From Amoebidium appalachense (lineage: Eukaryota; Protista; Ichthyosporea), in contig CAVNZM010000002.1 of the NCBI GenBank assembly GCA_963693365.1, positions 7,284,454-7,348,453 on the forward strand: a stretch of DNA of 64,000 nucleotides. The letters run 5' to 3'. Shown one piece after another: positions 27,489 through 50,800 of this stretch (the stretch's first letter is position 1; the number at the start of each line of letters is the position of its first letter). The translations under genes were made by a program, and so were the position numbers. The notes below the pieces were generated by a model. It was not told where the DNA came from, searched no databases, and was given only the letters and a program-made list of their open reading frames with translations.

Positions 27489-29084
27489 CTACGCCGACGA
27501 GTCTCCGTTATCCGACGGTGCTACGCCGTGCGCCTTCAGCGAATGGCTACGAAGGGCCGTAGTACGAATAAAACTCTTCCCGCATTTTGGGTAGGTGCAC
27601 ACGTGCGGTCTCTCTCCGGTGTGTTTTCTCTCGTGCGTGCGCAAGTTGCTCTTTGCCGTGAACGACATGTTGCAGTCGGGGAAACTGCACACGAACGGCC
27701 TTTCGCCCGTGTGCGTACGCTGGTGCGCGTTGAGGTTTCCCTTTTGCGAAAACGCCTTTTTGCATCCGGGCCACGTGCATTTATACGGCGTGCGGCGGAG
27801 ATGAACGTCCGAAATATGACGCTCAATGTTATTGCGACGGGCGAAACTCTGGTTACAGTTCGGGTACCAGCATGGGTATGGGGGGCCGATATGACGAGAT
27901 CGGTGGGACTGTTGGGCTTTGAGCGCGGTGATACTCTTCCCTGATTGGCGCGTCATCGAATGGGCGATTCTATTGTCGGTGTTGCCGTTGGTTATACGTT
28001 TACTTCTTAACCCATTAAGGATTTGTGTAGGGTGGACAACGGCCGGCGGGGTCATACTTGGGCTGCTGCAGATGCTGCTGTCCAGCGTGGAGAGGTCACC
28101 GCTCATCAGCGAATCAACAATGTCGTTAACAATTTTCTCCGGCGAACTATGTGGGTAGCACCTGCTCATGTTGGCATGCGAAGGCGGCGACAGCATAATG
28201 GAGACGGGTGTTGCGGGCGGAATGGACGGAGCCTTCGAACTCTCATCGTTGTTGCTTGGAGTTTTCACCGATTTTGGGCTTTTTTCCGAGTCGTTGAAAA
28301 CGGGCAGAATGGTCATTGCACCGCAATCTTCAAGAGGGGCTACCGTCGAGTCGGCTTTGCCCTCAAGCGGAGACGCGGGCGATTCGGGGATGCAAGGTAG
28401 AGGGGCAAGTGACGGCGAGTGCTTTAGGCCGGAAAGTTGAGACTCAAGATCCCTTAATGTGGATAATGTGGTGTTGGCCATAGGCGGGATGTCGATGTTA
28501 ACGTTACTGTAGGGGTTGAATGCGGCTGCGGTAGTTGATGGAGGGCAAAAGGGGGCAACGGAAGGTGGTGCCGAGAGATTGGAATAGTGGCGGGTTGAAG
28601 CAGGTGATGGGGACGGTGGGTTGGAGAAACCTACACGAGAGACAGAAAGATTCCCTTGAAGGAGACCACCATTACCGAGACGCGCTTGGCTTGGCGGACT
28701 CTGCCCGGCGCGCAGAGCTCTTGTTGGTAGACTTGGTGGCTGGCACATGGGGTAGCCCATAGTGGAGAGGTACGCCAAGGAACCGTTTTGCGGTTGCGGT
28801 AAGTTGGTGTATGAAGAGCTTGGGCTTGGTGGGGGTACTTGTGGTGTTGATGGGCGGTAGATTTGCTGCGGGTTGCCGTTGGTGGAGATGTTGAAAGCAC
28901 CTGACCAGGAAATTGCTCTCACGTTTGCATGATTCATGTTTGGGTTAGACGATGGCCAGTATGTACCGTTTGGTGGTGAGATGGCTTGGACGTCGTTTGC
29001 GAGAAGTAAACGGCCCCCGGAGAGATTGTCCATGCGCATAATCTCGAGGGATAACTGCATGGTGCGATTGTCAAGCATGTCCAT
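27489..29084 (-). CDS. C2H2 zinc-finger transcription factor with four C-terminal fingers
   Basis: Intronless 531-aa ORF with four C-x4-C...H-x3/4-H fingers, TGERPF/TGERPH linkers and a Pro/Ser-rich N-terminus. Confidence 0.95.
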   Translation of the reverse strand: MDMLDNRTMQLSLEIMRMDNLSGGRLLLANDVQAISPPNGTYWPSSNPNMNHANVRAISWSGAFNISTNGNPQQIYRPSTPQVPPPSPSSSYTNLPQPQNGSLAYLSTMGYPMCQPPSLPTRALRAGQSPPSQARLGNGGLLQGNLSVSRVGFSNPPSPSPASTRHYSNLSAPPSVAPFCPPSTTAAAFNPYSNVNIDIPPMANTTLSTLRDLESQLSGLKHSPSLAPLPCIPESPASPLEGKADSTVAPLEDCGAMTILPVFNDSEKSPKSVKTPSNNDESSKAPSIPPATPVSIMLSPPSHANMSRCYPHSSPEKIVNDIVDSLMSGDLSTLDSSICSSPSMTPPAVVHPTQILNGLRSKRITNGNTDNRIAHSMTRQSGKSITALKAQQSHRSRHIGPPYPCWYPNCNQSFARRNNIERHISDVHLRRTPYKCTWPGCKKAFSQKGNLNAHQRTHTGERPFVCSFPDCNMSFTAKSNLRTHERKHTGERPHVCTYPKCGKSFIRTTALRSHSLKAHGVAPSDNGDSSA

Positions 29085-29849
29085 TTTTGAATTTTTTTTC
29101 GCGGTGCTTATGAACGTACTAGAACATTTGTGGAAGATAGATACAAAAGAATGGATGTATGGTGTGTGGGTATTGACTGACTTTTTAAGGACGATTATGT
29201 GTACTTATGCACACCTCCTGGCTTCATAGGGAAGGACGAGCGGATGTGGGGATTGTAAACCGTGAGATTTCTTGCTCCTAACTTATAGTAGTACGTACAA
29301 GAATTCACTCAGGTCCTAACGCCAGAGTAAGAGTAAAATGCACGGTGTTTCGGTTTTCAAAAGGCGAGATGTTTAGTTTTTCTCTTCTTTTTCTCCTTTT
29401 TTCTCACTGTTCAGAAGCACTGCACAACAAGTTTCGTAGAGGTGCTAAAAAGTTGCTCTAAAACTCATCGGACATTTGACAGTTCACAACGGAAAACAAC
29501 GAAATGACTGCGCCTGTCGCCGTTTTATTCGCCAGCACGACAGCAATGTATGAAATACAGCCAATCACTATTGCTTTCAATGAAAAGGGGTAATAATGTT
29601 TCTTTGGGATGTGACCTGCGACGCGGATCGCGAGAACGGGGTAGGCAGAGGCGCTCTTGACCAAGCGTTTTATAAATCTGGTACTAGTTTTCCTATATAT
29701 TATTTCTAGTTTCATGTTTTGTAGTTTTCATTTTGTTTCTCATGATACACCACATTCTGTTGTAAACTGAACCCTTACCAGGGGATGGCTGTGTGTCGAA
29801 TGAGCCATTACCGTGTGTTTTGCACTACTCAAGAATCCCAGATAATGAG

Positions 29850-30017
29850 CCAATCAATTAGTTATCTGAGCCTGGACCAATTCACCAATCGAATCTATTC
29901 AGTCGGTCCAATCAGTGAATTAGATCTGCAATCTACCAATGGAAACAGAAGCTCTGTAGTGATCTAGCCAATCAGCTATGACCTCGTAGATTTTGAACGT
30001 TCCTGCGACTTGATTGG
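29850..30017. promoter_or_regulatory. Cluster of seven CCAAT boxes upstream of the C2H2 gene
   Basis: CCAAT at 29850, 29877, 29885, 29908, 29936 and 29968, and ATTGG at 30013. Confidence 0.5.
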
Positions 30018-31949
30018 CTAACCCCTGGATTGCCGTAGGCAGGCCAGTCATTGACTCAGGCCAGACGTCAACCGCACCTCAGCTGCAGCAACTCGCGTCA
30101 TGTCAACATCACTGAATACGTTAGATAATTGTTACGCTACATAGGCAAAAATATAATAGTCAGCATTGCAGCTCCTTAGATCAAAAATGATAGTAAACAA
30201 AGCATGCGTTCGTGACATTTGCATGTTCCTGCTTCCGCGGAGCTGCTCTTCCGTGGTTCATCAGTTCGTCGAAAGAACTTCCTGGGCACACGCAACGTTT
30301 GCACAACATGTTGTGTGTCGGGAAGGGCCGGAGCCACGTGGGTCCCGTTAATATCTCATGATCTTAGAGACAGCCGCTATAGTTTACGGATGCAAAGTAT
30401 CACAGCTGTCATAGTACACTCTGGTACACTGTCCATCGCCACATCAGCCACATGCCGAGATTAGTTAACGTTGACGCTGCAAATGTGCAGGTGTCCACAA
30501 AAATTAAAAATAAAAACATTGATGGCGCACATGAAAAATCCTTTTTCAGCGGTCAGTTTGTGTATCAGGCAGTAAACTAGCTTTCGTAGAAGTTCCGGTG
30601 AAATACCGATAACTGCCCCCGTTTTGGAGAGCAAACCGTACCTAATACGTTAAGGTGAAATATCTTTCTATTGAGGGGTTTCTCGTCTCACATTTTTCTC
30701 CCCAGTGCTAGTCATTTTCAATACACGGCCGTGCACACTCACTGACAATGACCATATTTTGTGTACATATGTATACATGACACATATGCATACATGCACC
30801 TTTGTACGCAGAACGTGAGCCGTCACGCGCTGTACGTGAGATTGTCGAGATAAACGAAGTGATGAACGTGGGTCTGATTGACGGGCACTCGTCTTATGAT
30901 TGGCTCTGCAGTGGCTACGGCGCAACACGTGCACCAGCCGTGGAACCAGTCCGAAACCATGTTTAGAAAGCAGCCGACATGCATTGGTTTGCTTATGATC
31001 TGTACCGATGTGTGTACACAACTTTGTTATTGTCTGAGCAGATGCGTCATGTGAACATGCAACTAACGTGAACGACCTTATAACCTATTGACTACACCTG
31101 CCTTTACATATTCCTGTTTGGGGAGCTACATAAATACTACATCATGTTATACGTGCTCATGAACTATGAAAACAGCCATTTTTCTAGAAGGAAAACATAC
31201 CAAAAACAAGTCGCGCGCGGCCATGGCCACTGCCCACCGCTATCAAGCCTTCGTCTGCCTTCCACAGTCACGTACAGTGAACACCGTCGACTCTCAGTAA
31301 TCGGATCAGGAGGCACATGGCGTTCCGTTGGACCGGATAAGAAAGTGATCACGCACATACATGTGCAACACTCTGCGTCACCGTCACTATCTATATATTC
31401 AGGAATATGGATGTGTGTACATGTACATGTCTATAGCACGTGCCACGGTGCCTGTCCACATACGCGTGTGTCACGTGTGTCGTACAGATTCCCGTATGGA
31501 CATGTAAATGTATATCCATAGGCGTGGGGTTTACCTATACGTCACTTAAGCTTGTAGAAACCTACAGTGGGGGTGTGCACGGACTGAAATTTATAGCCCA
31601 AGGCACATAGTCCGTGCCATATTAGTATATATGAAGGCCCGGCGACCCGTGTAATAGTCACTATGCATGTATATACAAACACATCGAAGGCTGCATAGTC
31701 TAGTAGTAGGAATATCATCAGGTAACTAAAGACGACTCAATACAAAACTTCAGATCTCTCCCTACTCCTCTCCGACACAAACACACACACACACGCACGC
31801 ACACGCACACGCACACACACACACACGCACACACACACATACGCACACACACACACAGGCACACACACGCACACACGCACGCACACAAGCACACGCACGC
31901 ACATACACGCACATACATACACACATTCACTCACGTGCACTCACACACA

Positions 31950-32710
<761 letters not shown>

Positions 32711-33359
32711 GTCTCGCTTGCTTGCTCGCTCGCTTTTTCTCTTTCAACAGAGCTGAAACTGCAGATTCATTTAAACTGTCAGAACTTCAGAAGATTAATC
32801 TGCTCTGAACTGGATTACTCTACATATATGTTCAGGATGCGGAACTATTCTGCCGTTCATGGTGGCACAACCACATCACGCGCTTTTGGCGACTCTATCA
32901 CAATGTCGTGACAAGCAAAATTGTTCAAAGCTTCACTGTTACTAAACCAAAACACAACAGACACCTAGCTGCAGGAACACGACGACCGCGGCAACGGTTC
33001 GAGGGAGTATTCTGCGATCGGATCGCTCCGATAGCATATATACCATAAGGCCTCAGGCGCTGGGGTGGTGGGATGCTCATTGAATGCCAAATGTAAAATG
33101 AGGTCGGTGAGGACAAAAAGATGCTAGATATACCAGAGACGTCATTGTATGCAGATGCTCGGCATCTTATATTAAGGGGTATATGGTACTTCTTTTATTC
33201 AATTCTTTTCCAGTGTTGTGGCACCTCCCTGCATTTTTGTTTTCCTCTCTATCGTCCGCCGAACGTTCTCGGGTCCCTCCTATTTGGGACTATACAGCGT
33301 GACTATGCACCGACTGTAGCTATTAGAATACGCGTGTGTCACGGCACACTGTGGCACTT

Positions 33360-33418
<59 letters not shown>

Positions 33419-33431
33419 AGACACAGACACA

Positions 33432-33483
<52 letters not shown>

Positions 33484-33589
33484 CACACGCACACACACAA
33501 CGTCGTGACACACACACACACACAAGCACACACAAACACACACAAACACACACACACACACACACACACACAACACACCGTGACACACA

Positions 33590-33723
<134 letters not shown>

Positions 33724-34693
33724 CCCCTTGCTCACATATCCACCGTGCCAGGAGCGGATGAAAAAGGACATGTACACACATGACGTGTCGCACCACCCCA
33801 AATTTTCAATCTAGATTCATTCAATATGGATATGGGCCTGACGGCAGTCGGACTCCGGATCCTTCCCTAAAATTTGTACCGATGTGTTTGAAGTTTGTGA
33901 CGGACCTTCCCGGTAGCATATGTGGCTTCTTCTATAAAATCTGCACGGTGCACACTATAACCATTAAATTTTATCGTCATCTCTTCATCGCCCATGCAGC
34001 CCAGCTGCCGGTGTTGAACTGCGTGCCCATTCCTCCCCCCTCCCCCTCCCCCCCCCCCCCCCCCCCCCCCCCGATCACAGAGAAAAAAAGGGAAGGGGGG
34101 GGGGGGGGGGGGAGGGAGGGAGGGTGTCACTGATCATCAGTAATAGACGTTCCACGTCGGCAAAATAGCAGGCCGACCTCATTGAGTGGGCGGCTGCCGT
34201 GCATGTACATAGCTGCAATGCGATGACGCCAGCCTTCTGATAGGCTCACAAATTTTAGTATGGACGGGGGCCACTAAGAAATTTTTAAGTAATGGTATTC
34301 GAGGACGTCTCCCCCTTTTCCTGCCACGGACAATCATTTTGTATGATGCTGCTACCTTTGGAGCCTCGGTAGCTTATATTTTTAACGGCCAACAAAACTC
34401 CCCTTCGACCGAAGCGACTGATCATGCGCGCCAACTTACACCAGAGTATTCGGTCATACTGCGGCTGAGGCCACAGTCGAACGTGGCAGTAGTGATGGAG
34501 GGGGGAGGAAGACCGGAGGGAAAGCGGCAAGGGGGGGGGGGGGGGGGTTCTGCCGCGCATTTGAAGCCTACTAAGTCCGAGGTCTGCCGCATGCACATGC
34601 ATCAATATTTGCGTAGTCTTCGCTCCCGGCCCTGCCCCCCCCCCCCCTTACGTGCACGCAACCACACACATATATATCCCACGCACCCACGCA

Positions 34694-34728
<35 letters not shown>

Positions 34729-34733
34729 CCCCC

Positions 34734-34764
<31 letters not shown>

Positions 34765-36371
34765 AGATCTCCCCCCGGGCCTCTGGAGCCCTCCAAACCT
34801 CATAAGGAGATCGCGAAGCACGCAGAGAGCCGTGTCGCGAAGACAGCCTTCAAGTTTTCTCAGCTGCATATTATAAGAACTACTATTAACAATGAAAATT
34901 TACTAGTAGGTTTCAAACTTCTGGGTTGGGACCATGCACCTTGTTCCATGAGATGCCATGGCATTGCCACCATGGCCAGGGGTGATCACCCATCGAACCT
35001 GGCCATGGCCATGGCATGCAATATTGATGCATTGCATGACAATATCGGTAGTGTACAAGTGTACACGAACTGAAATAGCAACGTCTTGGTATTTATATAT
35101 ACCATTTGAAGTACATGATTTTACTAACCCCACTGTGTTTGGGCCCCCACCGGTGGGGGCCCCCACGATCAGATCGGTTTTCGCCGGTAATTAGTGCGGG
35201 CCCCCACCGGCGGGGGCCCACACCCCTGAAAAAGGGGTTCGCTCAAGAGGGTTTTCTGCTCGTGGGAGAAAGAAGGTGGTAAATTTAGTATATACAGCGA
35301 TGAATATACATAATAATGCAGCTTTGGCTCGGTTTTCAGCGGCGCTGCTGTTTTTCTTGTTGTTCTGCTTTGCTAGCAAAAAAGCCGGGACGCTCTTTTC
35401 ATATGATGAAAATAGACTCTTTCATGTCACGTCTGTGTTTAGATTCAGAACATGAGCGTTGCATACACTGCAACGCCATGCACACTATGTATAACGTTTT
35501 GCACACTTTTGTTTATAGCCATAAACGGCTACCAGTAAAGAACCTGATCACTCAAAGCTGCAGAAAGTCATGTAAAGTGTTCAACGTCCAGATCCAAGCT
35601 ACACATAGGCTATTATTGTTTGTAATATACAAACGAACACGTGAGGAAAACAGTTTGAATGTGCAGGAACCACATTTGTAAGGTATATATAACTGCATCT
35701 ACTTAGGCCTAGGTGCCTTTACGGTAGCAGCAGCAGTGGCGAGCTGCCAGGCCACGGAGAACACTTGTTCTTAGTGAGGGCACAGGCCATTGGTCGTGCA
35801 ACACTTTTACTTGCAACCTTTTTAGAATTTTGTAAACAGCCTGCATAAAAGGCTTGGCATGCACGCACTGTGGCTGTTGTATTCCACAAACGTACGGGGT
35901 CAGTAGTGCTGATTTGTTTGCTCACGGATTTTTTATTCTATTTGATAATTTGTTCCGGATTTATATCTACGTACACTATAGGCTACTGTTGAGTTTGGTT
36001 CACGGTAGATTGAACGTTCCATAGCTATAGGGAACACATAGTGCACAATATATATGTACATTTTGTCTCCGTACTCAAGAATTCTGGGGGAGGGGAGGGG
36101 AGGGAGGGGAGGGGGGGGGGGGGAGAGGGGGGGGAGGTGGGGGGGGGGGGGGGAGGGGGGGAAGAAAATCAGGTTGGGTGGTTGTGTCTGTGTTTGTGTG
36201 TGTGTGAGTATTTTTCTTTGCAATTGTGTGTGTGTGTGTGTGGTGGGTATGTATGCACGGTGTGTGTGTCTGTGTGTATGTGTACAGGTGTGGGTGTGTG
36301 TATTTGTGTCAGGCTGAGCGGTAATTGGTGTGCGTGTGTCTATGTTGTGTGCATGTGTGCACATGTGCACG

Positions 36372-36412
<41 letters not shown>

Positions 36413-36609
36413 GCATGACATTGTGTGCATGTGTGTGTGTGTTTTGTGTCAACGGTTATGGTGTGTGTGTATGTATGTACTAAGTGTGTGTATGTATGTG
36501 TGTGCACGTGTGTGTGCAGTGTGGTGTGTATGTATGCAGGGTGTGTGTGTCTGTGTATGTGTGTGTACATGCCAGTGTGGGTGTGTGTGTTTGTACCAAC
36601 GGTTTCTTG

Positions 36610-36643
<34 letters not shown>

Positions 36644-37260
36644 CCACGGAGTGTGTGTGCGTGCGCCGTGTACATGGCGTGTGTGTGCAGTGTAAGTGTG
36701 TGTGTGTGCGTGTTTGTGTGTGTATACGTGTGGGTGGGTGGGTGCATAGCATGTGATTGTACAGGGTGGATGACATGTGCACGTTTGTAATACAGTTATC
36801 ATGATTTGAGATAGTATGTGCCTGTGCACGTGTACTAGACTAGGTCACATGATTGTGTGGTGTCACGGCTGTGTACACATGTATGTGCATGTGTGTCTTT
36901 GAACGGAACACAGTGGTGCACAGCTGTGTGTGTATCGCTGCCATTGAAGACGCGTGCCACTGATCGTGATACACGTTGCACCTGCACCTGGTGGCCGTCG
37001 ACTCTGAGCATCTAGATCCATTCCATGTTTAGGCCTTCCTGGGGGGAAATGGGGGGGGGGGGGGGGGGAGGGGAGTACTAGTGGGGGGGGGGGGGGGGGA
37101 GGGATCCGCCTGAGAGGGGGGGGGGGGGGGGGGGAGGGGTGAGGCCGGAGCGGTGGTGGGGGAGAAGGAGGGGCAGCACTGGTGGAGGGAACGGTGGGCA
37201 GCGGAGGAGGGGGGAATGGGGTTCGATTTCTGGGGGGGGAAGTTTTGAAGTGGAGGCCGG

Positions 37261-37309
<49 letters not shown>

Positions 37310-37404
37310 GCGCAGGCATGTGCATTGTATGTTCATGTGGCCATGCATGGCTATGATGCATATGTGGTGTCACGGCTGTGTGTGTGTGAATTTGTGTGTG
37401 GGTG

Positions 37405-37447
<43 letters not shown>

Positions 37448-37633
37448 GGTGTGTGCATAAATGCGTTTGGTGTGACAACATGTACATGACGCTAGGCTGG
37501 CGCTCTAGTCAGGGTCTGCTATTGAACATCTACAGGGACAGGGAGACACGTACGTACGTGTGCAGCTTGTGTGGGTGGTGTATGCCCCGTGTATGATGAG
37601 ACCTGCGAAGTCATGAGAAGCTTCCCCCGGGGG

Positions 37634-37668
<35 letters not shown>

Positions 37669-37837
37669 GGGAGGGGGCTCTCGCACGTTCCAATTCGGCC
37701 GGGACGATTTTCGGAACTGTGTTTTCAAATATCGGAAATTCCGATTTTTTCGTAACTTCGAACCCTGGTGGGCCCCCACCGGTCACGGGCCCGCTTTTTA
37801 GAAGGGGCCGTGTGGTTGCACTGCCTCGGAGTGCACC

Positions 37838-39452
37838 GTGCACAATATGTTGGCTTTATTGATTGGAAAACTGCTTACGATTCTGTCTCCCCTGGTCTCC
37901 TATGGGAAAAGCTTGCTGCACGGGGTGTACCACACTGCATTGGTGTTCTGTTAGAAGCACTCTTGTCTCAAACCTATGGTAGAGCTGTGGTTAATGGGCA
38001 TCTTTCATATGGTTTTGCTCGTACTAGAGGTCTCTTGCAGGGTTCATTGCTTAGCCCCTTTTTGTTTAGCCTATTTATAGATGATTTGGCTGTCAAGATT
38101 TACGCCGAAAACGATGACCCTATTAATAACTTTCCGCCTGCACTTCTCTATGCTGATGATCTGTCCCTCCTTGCCCGTACCCCTAGACGCCTGCAAAGAT
38201 TGTTCGATGTAGTGTCAGAGTGGTGCAAGGCAAACCTTATGATCCTTAACATAGACAAATGTGGTGTTCTTGTACCTGATATAGCTAACAATTTACACAC
38301 ATTTACATTATCATCTAAACCTGTACCTATAGTTCCAGAATACAAATATCTTGGTGTTCCGGTTGATTCTGTTGGTGTTATGTTTCCCCATATGGTCGAA
38401 AAGAGGGTAGAGTTGGCTCGTAAGCGGTTAGCTTTCTTCTCGGCTAATATTTTTAAAGACACACCCCTCCATCCTTCTATTAGACTTACATTTATTCGCA
38501 CTTTTGTCTTCCCGGCATGTGAATATGGTTTACCCCTTCTCGCCGCTTGGATCAAGAAAGAGAGAACTAGAGCGCTTAAACCCTTGGCAAATTTCCTTGA
38601 AGCAGAAGTTGCCTCCTTTCTATCTAACAACTGTTGTAAACCTGGGCCTGTAACGCTCTCGATATATGGTCTGGTCCCAATAGCTGCTAGAGTATCCTAT
38701 CTCGCGCTGAAATTCAATAAGCACATAAGCCGCTTAAAGAAGTATTTGCCCTCCCACCCTCTCTTCTCTATCCGACCTGTCCCCTCCTCACCTCTCCCCT
38801 CTTTCCTCCCCTCTCTCTCCCCTTCTCCCCTGGGCACAAATACAAATAAACCCCGCAATAGTGTGTGTGTGACTTTGGACTGCCACTTACTTATTAAACA
38901 TGTACACAATCACAAGATAATCACGCAATATAACAAATGGAAAAAGATACCACACGACACTAGACCCGATGAAAGCATACACCTTGAAAAACTAAGCCTT
39001 ATGTCTCGTTTTATATATACTGACCGCCTCAACCATATTGCCAAATATGGCACTCGCAAGTGTATAACACCTAAATACATATTACCTTCCTGTAGAACTG
39101 GTCTTTCTCTAGCTGATGGTATTATTGATCAATTACCACGCTTTTACTGTACACGTGCTATACAGTGGAGATCTAATAAGTATAAGGTGGCATCATTTGC
39201 ATGCCCAAACAACACACACACACACCAGTTTAACCGGTCATGTATCGCCAAATGTAGTTTGATAGACCACATAATACCGCAACACACACACGTCACATTC
39301 ACAACAGACACCCAGAAAGATAGCCTACCTGTAAATTACAACATCCTTGATTTTATGCTAAACACGCGTAACTACGACCTGTTTATTAGATGTATTGATT
39401 GGCTTGAGAAACACATCACTACAAAATTATAGCGCACGCGCACACACACACA

Positions 39453-39511
<59 letters not shown>

Positions 39512-39553
39512 CCAGCTGATACCGAGTGTCCCGAGGGGAGCCCCTTTAGAAAG

Positions 39554-39584
<31 letters not shown>
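37838..39584 (+). mobile_element. 5'-truncated second copy of the LINE (RT 3' half, 3' UTR, poly-A)
   Basis: Matches 19269-21016 with only a few substitutions and a 2-nt indel. The frame is open from FIDWKTAYD through LYADD to the stop at 39432. Confidence 0.95.
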
Positions 39585-39585
<1 letters not shown>

Positions 39586-40203
39586 GGGGAACCCCAACTA
39601 ATTGATTTCTCCTTGTAGTCTTTATGGTGTCTCGTAGAGAAAGTAAACCCTGATATATAGTCACCACCCGACATCTATGTACGTGATCATGATATACCGC
39701 TGAGGGGATATTCCGAGCAAACCCCCCCCCCCCATACCTGAGACTGGTTCTCTTTGCCTCGAGTAAACAGCGTAAACCCCAACATACCTGTATACGAAAA
39801 CATCGAATGCATTGAAATCATGCAGGCGATTGGCTTGTGTGGATCGGCTGCCTAATAAGGCTAACAGACGAGCCCGATTTCTGGCGATCTGCGCCGGTGT
39901 TCGATCCATCGAAGTAGCGGTTTGGGCATGTTGACTTTTGTTCGGTGCCAGACTGCTCAGTAGCGTTGAACTGTGTTTACGTATACGTACGTACGCACGC
40001 TTGTAGCCTTGGGCCTTTACGCAAACTCTGGATAGTTGAATGAGATTGTGGCTATAATCATTCCTTGTTGATGTGAAGACGTAAGCTAGGCGGACACCAT
40101 CTCTTTCTTTTGTTGTTGTTAGGAAGTCAAGATAAAGCAGTGCCACCATTCATCTGTTGCTTGGGTAACATCGACTTTAGTTGTAGGGCGCCAAATACCG
40201 AAA

Positions 40204-48463
<8,260 letters not shown>

Positions 48464-48508
48464 TATTAGGCTCAAAATCATCCCCCCCCCCTCCCTCCCC
48501 CCCCCCTC

Positions 48509-48574
<66 letters not shown>

Positions 48575-48578
48575 TACA

Positions 48579-48620
<42 letters not shown>

Positions 48621-48717
48621 CACACACACACACGCACACACGCACACATGTACACACACACACACATGTACACACACACACACACACATGTACACACACA
48701 CACACACACACACACAT

Positions 48718-48754
<37 letters not shown>

Positions 48755-50309
48755 CACACACACACACACAAACACACGTGTATACACAGGGGCACGCGTG
48801 CATACACGCAAACCCCCACCCTCCCTCTTCCAATATTTGTGATATCGAACCCTGTAAGGTGGTCCCACCAGCTACCTTTCCAGTGCCTCCCTTTTCTATT
48901 TGCCAAATGTGGCCATATTACCAAATATGGTGATTTACCAAATAAGGCAATAGACATTGAATACATGGATAGATATGTCGTTGCAATGTTCTTTGGCGGT
49001 GTTTGTAGCATGCGAGAAGCTGTATATGCGACCAATAGAATTTGCCTTGAAAACAATTCACGATTATTATTAGTTTGGACTATGAAAGAAAGCATGGGTA
49101 GTTGTCGGGGTGGGGTTGGGGGTGTCACTAAGCCTGTGTTGTTGGGCTTGGGGGAGGTTGGGGTGGGGTGGGGGGGGGGGGGGGGGGGGAGGGAGGTCTT
49201 GCTGCACTTTTAGCTGTTTTCTGATTATTTGCCTACCCGTCTGTTACCAATCGGCTGTATACCTCACTGTATCCTTTGACAAAGAAAGTATCTATTCTCC
49301 TTCCGACTCTGAGAGATGCAAAATAAAGCAATGTCCCCTTTGTGAGAAACTTTAGACTTGGCCACCGACCCTGTCATGTCGTGTTAATCTGTCTGTTAGT
49401 CTGCCTTGGTTTGGTGCATGTTTGTCTGTGCATGTATAGGTACAGTATACGTATGCACTGTGCTGAAATCTTCAAATGCGAGATATGTCTCATATATGGC
49501 ATATCTGGGGATCATTGCACTTTATATTGGCATATCTGTGGTACTAAATACCGTGTCTTAAATGTATCCACCATATCTCGATTACGGCATGTATACCAAT
49601 AAGGATACGTTCACCGAGTCTCGTATGTGTTATGTATTTCATCTCAAATATGGCATGTTGTAGATTGAGACACCATGGCTGAAATGTATGTATACCTACA
49701 CGTCCATGTCCCAATAATTATGACGACATGTACCAAATATGACATCATACGGTACATGTCTTCAATATGATAACGTATGTTCACATGCATAAACATCTTG
49801 TTATCTACCTAGCTAGTGGTACTTTAATTTATAATCGATTGGTTTACACTTTGCCCGTGGCCATGGCCTTGCAATTGGACTCCTCAACTTGCAATGTGCA
49901 GTCATCGGAATCCCCCCTTCCCCCCCCCCCCTCCCCCCCCCCCCCCCTCTCGCCCGGGCCCACCACCCCACCCCACCCCACCCCACCCCACCACCCAAAC
50001 CCCTAAAGCAAAAACACCCGCACAAAAATACAAACGTGCGCACACACACAGTGTCACGTGCACACGTACGGGCACACACACAGGTGCGTAGACCAGTCTG
50101 CGAACTGCCCCCCCCCTCCCTCCCCCCCCCCCCCCCCCAAAAAAAAAAATACCCACCCACCCACCCACACACACACACAGGCACGCGCACGCGCACACAC
50201 ATGTACACACACTCACACTCATGCAAACACACACACAGGCAGCTGCGTATTGTTAGGCACCCCTCCCTCCCTCGGAGTCCCCCCCATATCCCAAAGCGCA
50301 AACGCGTGT

Positions 50310-50355
<46 letters not shown>

Positions 50356-50769
50356 ACACACACACACACGTGCACACACACGCGCGCTCACTCACTCACA
50401 CACTCACACACTCACTGACTTACTCACTCACTCACGTGCACACACACACAACACACACACTGTCGCACGCACGCACACACATACACACAGCAACACGAAC
50501 TTCCCCCGGACCCCCCTCCCCGTCCTCCCCCCCCCCCCCCCCCCCCCCCGCCCTCATCCCCCTCCCCCCCCCTCCCCTCCCCCCCCCCCCCCCCCCCCCC
50601 CCCCCCCGCCCCCCTCCGGGACCCCCGCCGGGCCGCACACACGCGTGATTGCATCTGAGACCAGAGTCTCTTTTGCATCCACCAAAGGTTGAAGTTGTAA
50701 ATTTTCTTTTGGCGGGGGGGATTTCTTACGTTTTGGCCACTGATGCATATCCCCCCGGCCCCCCCCCCC

Positions 50770-50800
<31 letters not shown>

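Noticed and set aside
37768-37837. N-terminus of the 554-aa RT ORF
   Set aside because: The first ~23 codons are flanking DNA fused in frame by chance to the truncated LINE, with a non-ATG start.
48855-49830. Possible Kolobok-like element with ATAT-rich interior
   Set aside because: The terminal inverted match is only about 10/14 and there is no matching TTAA on both sides.
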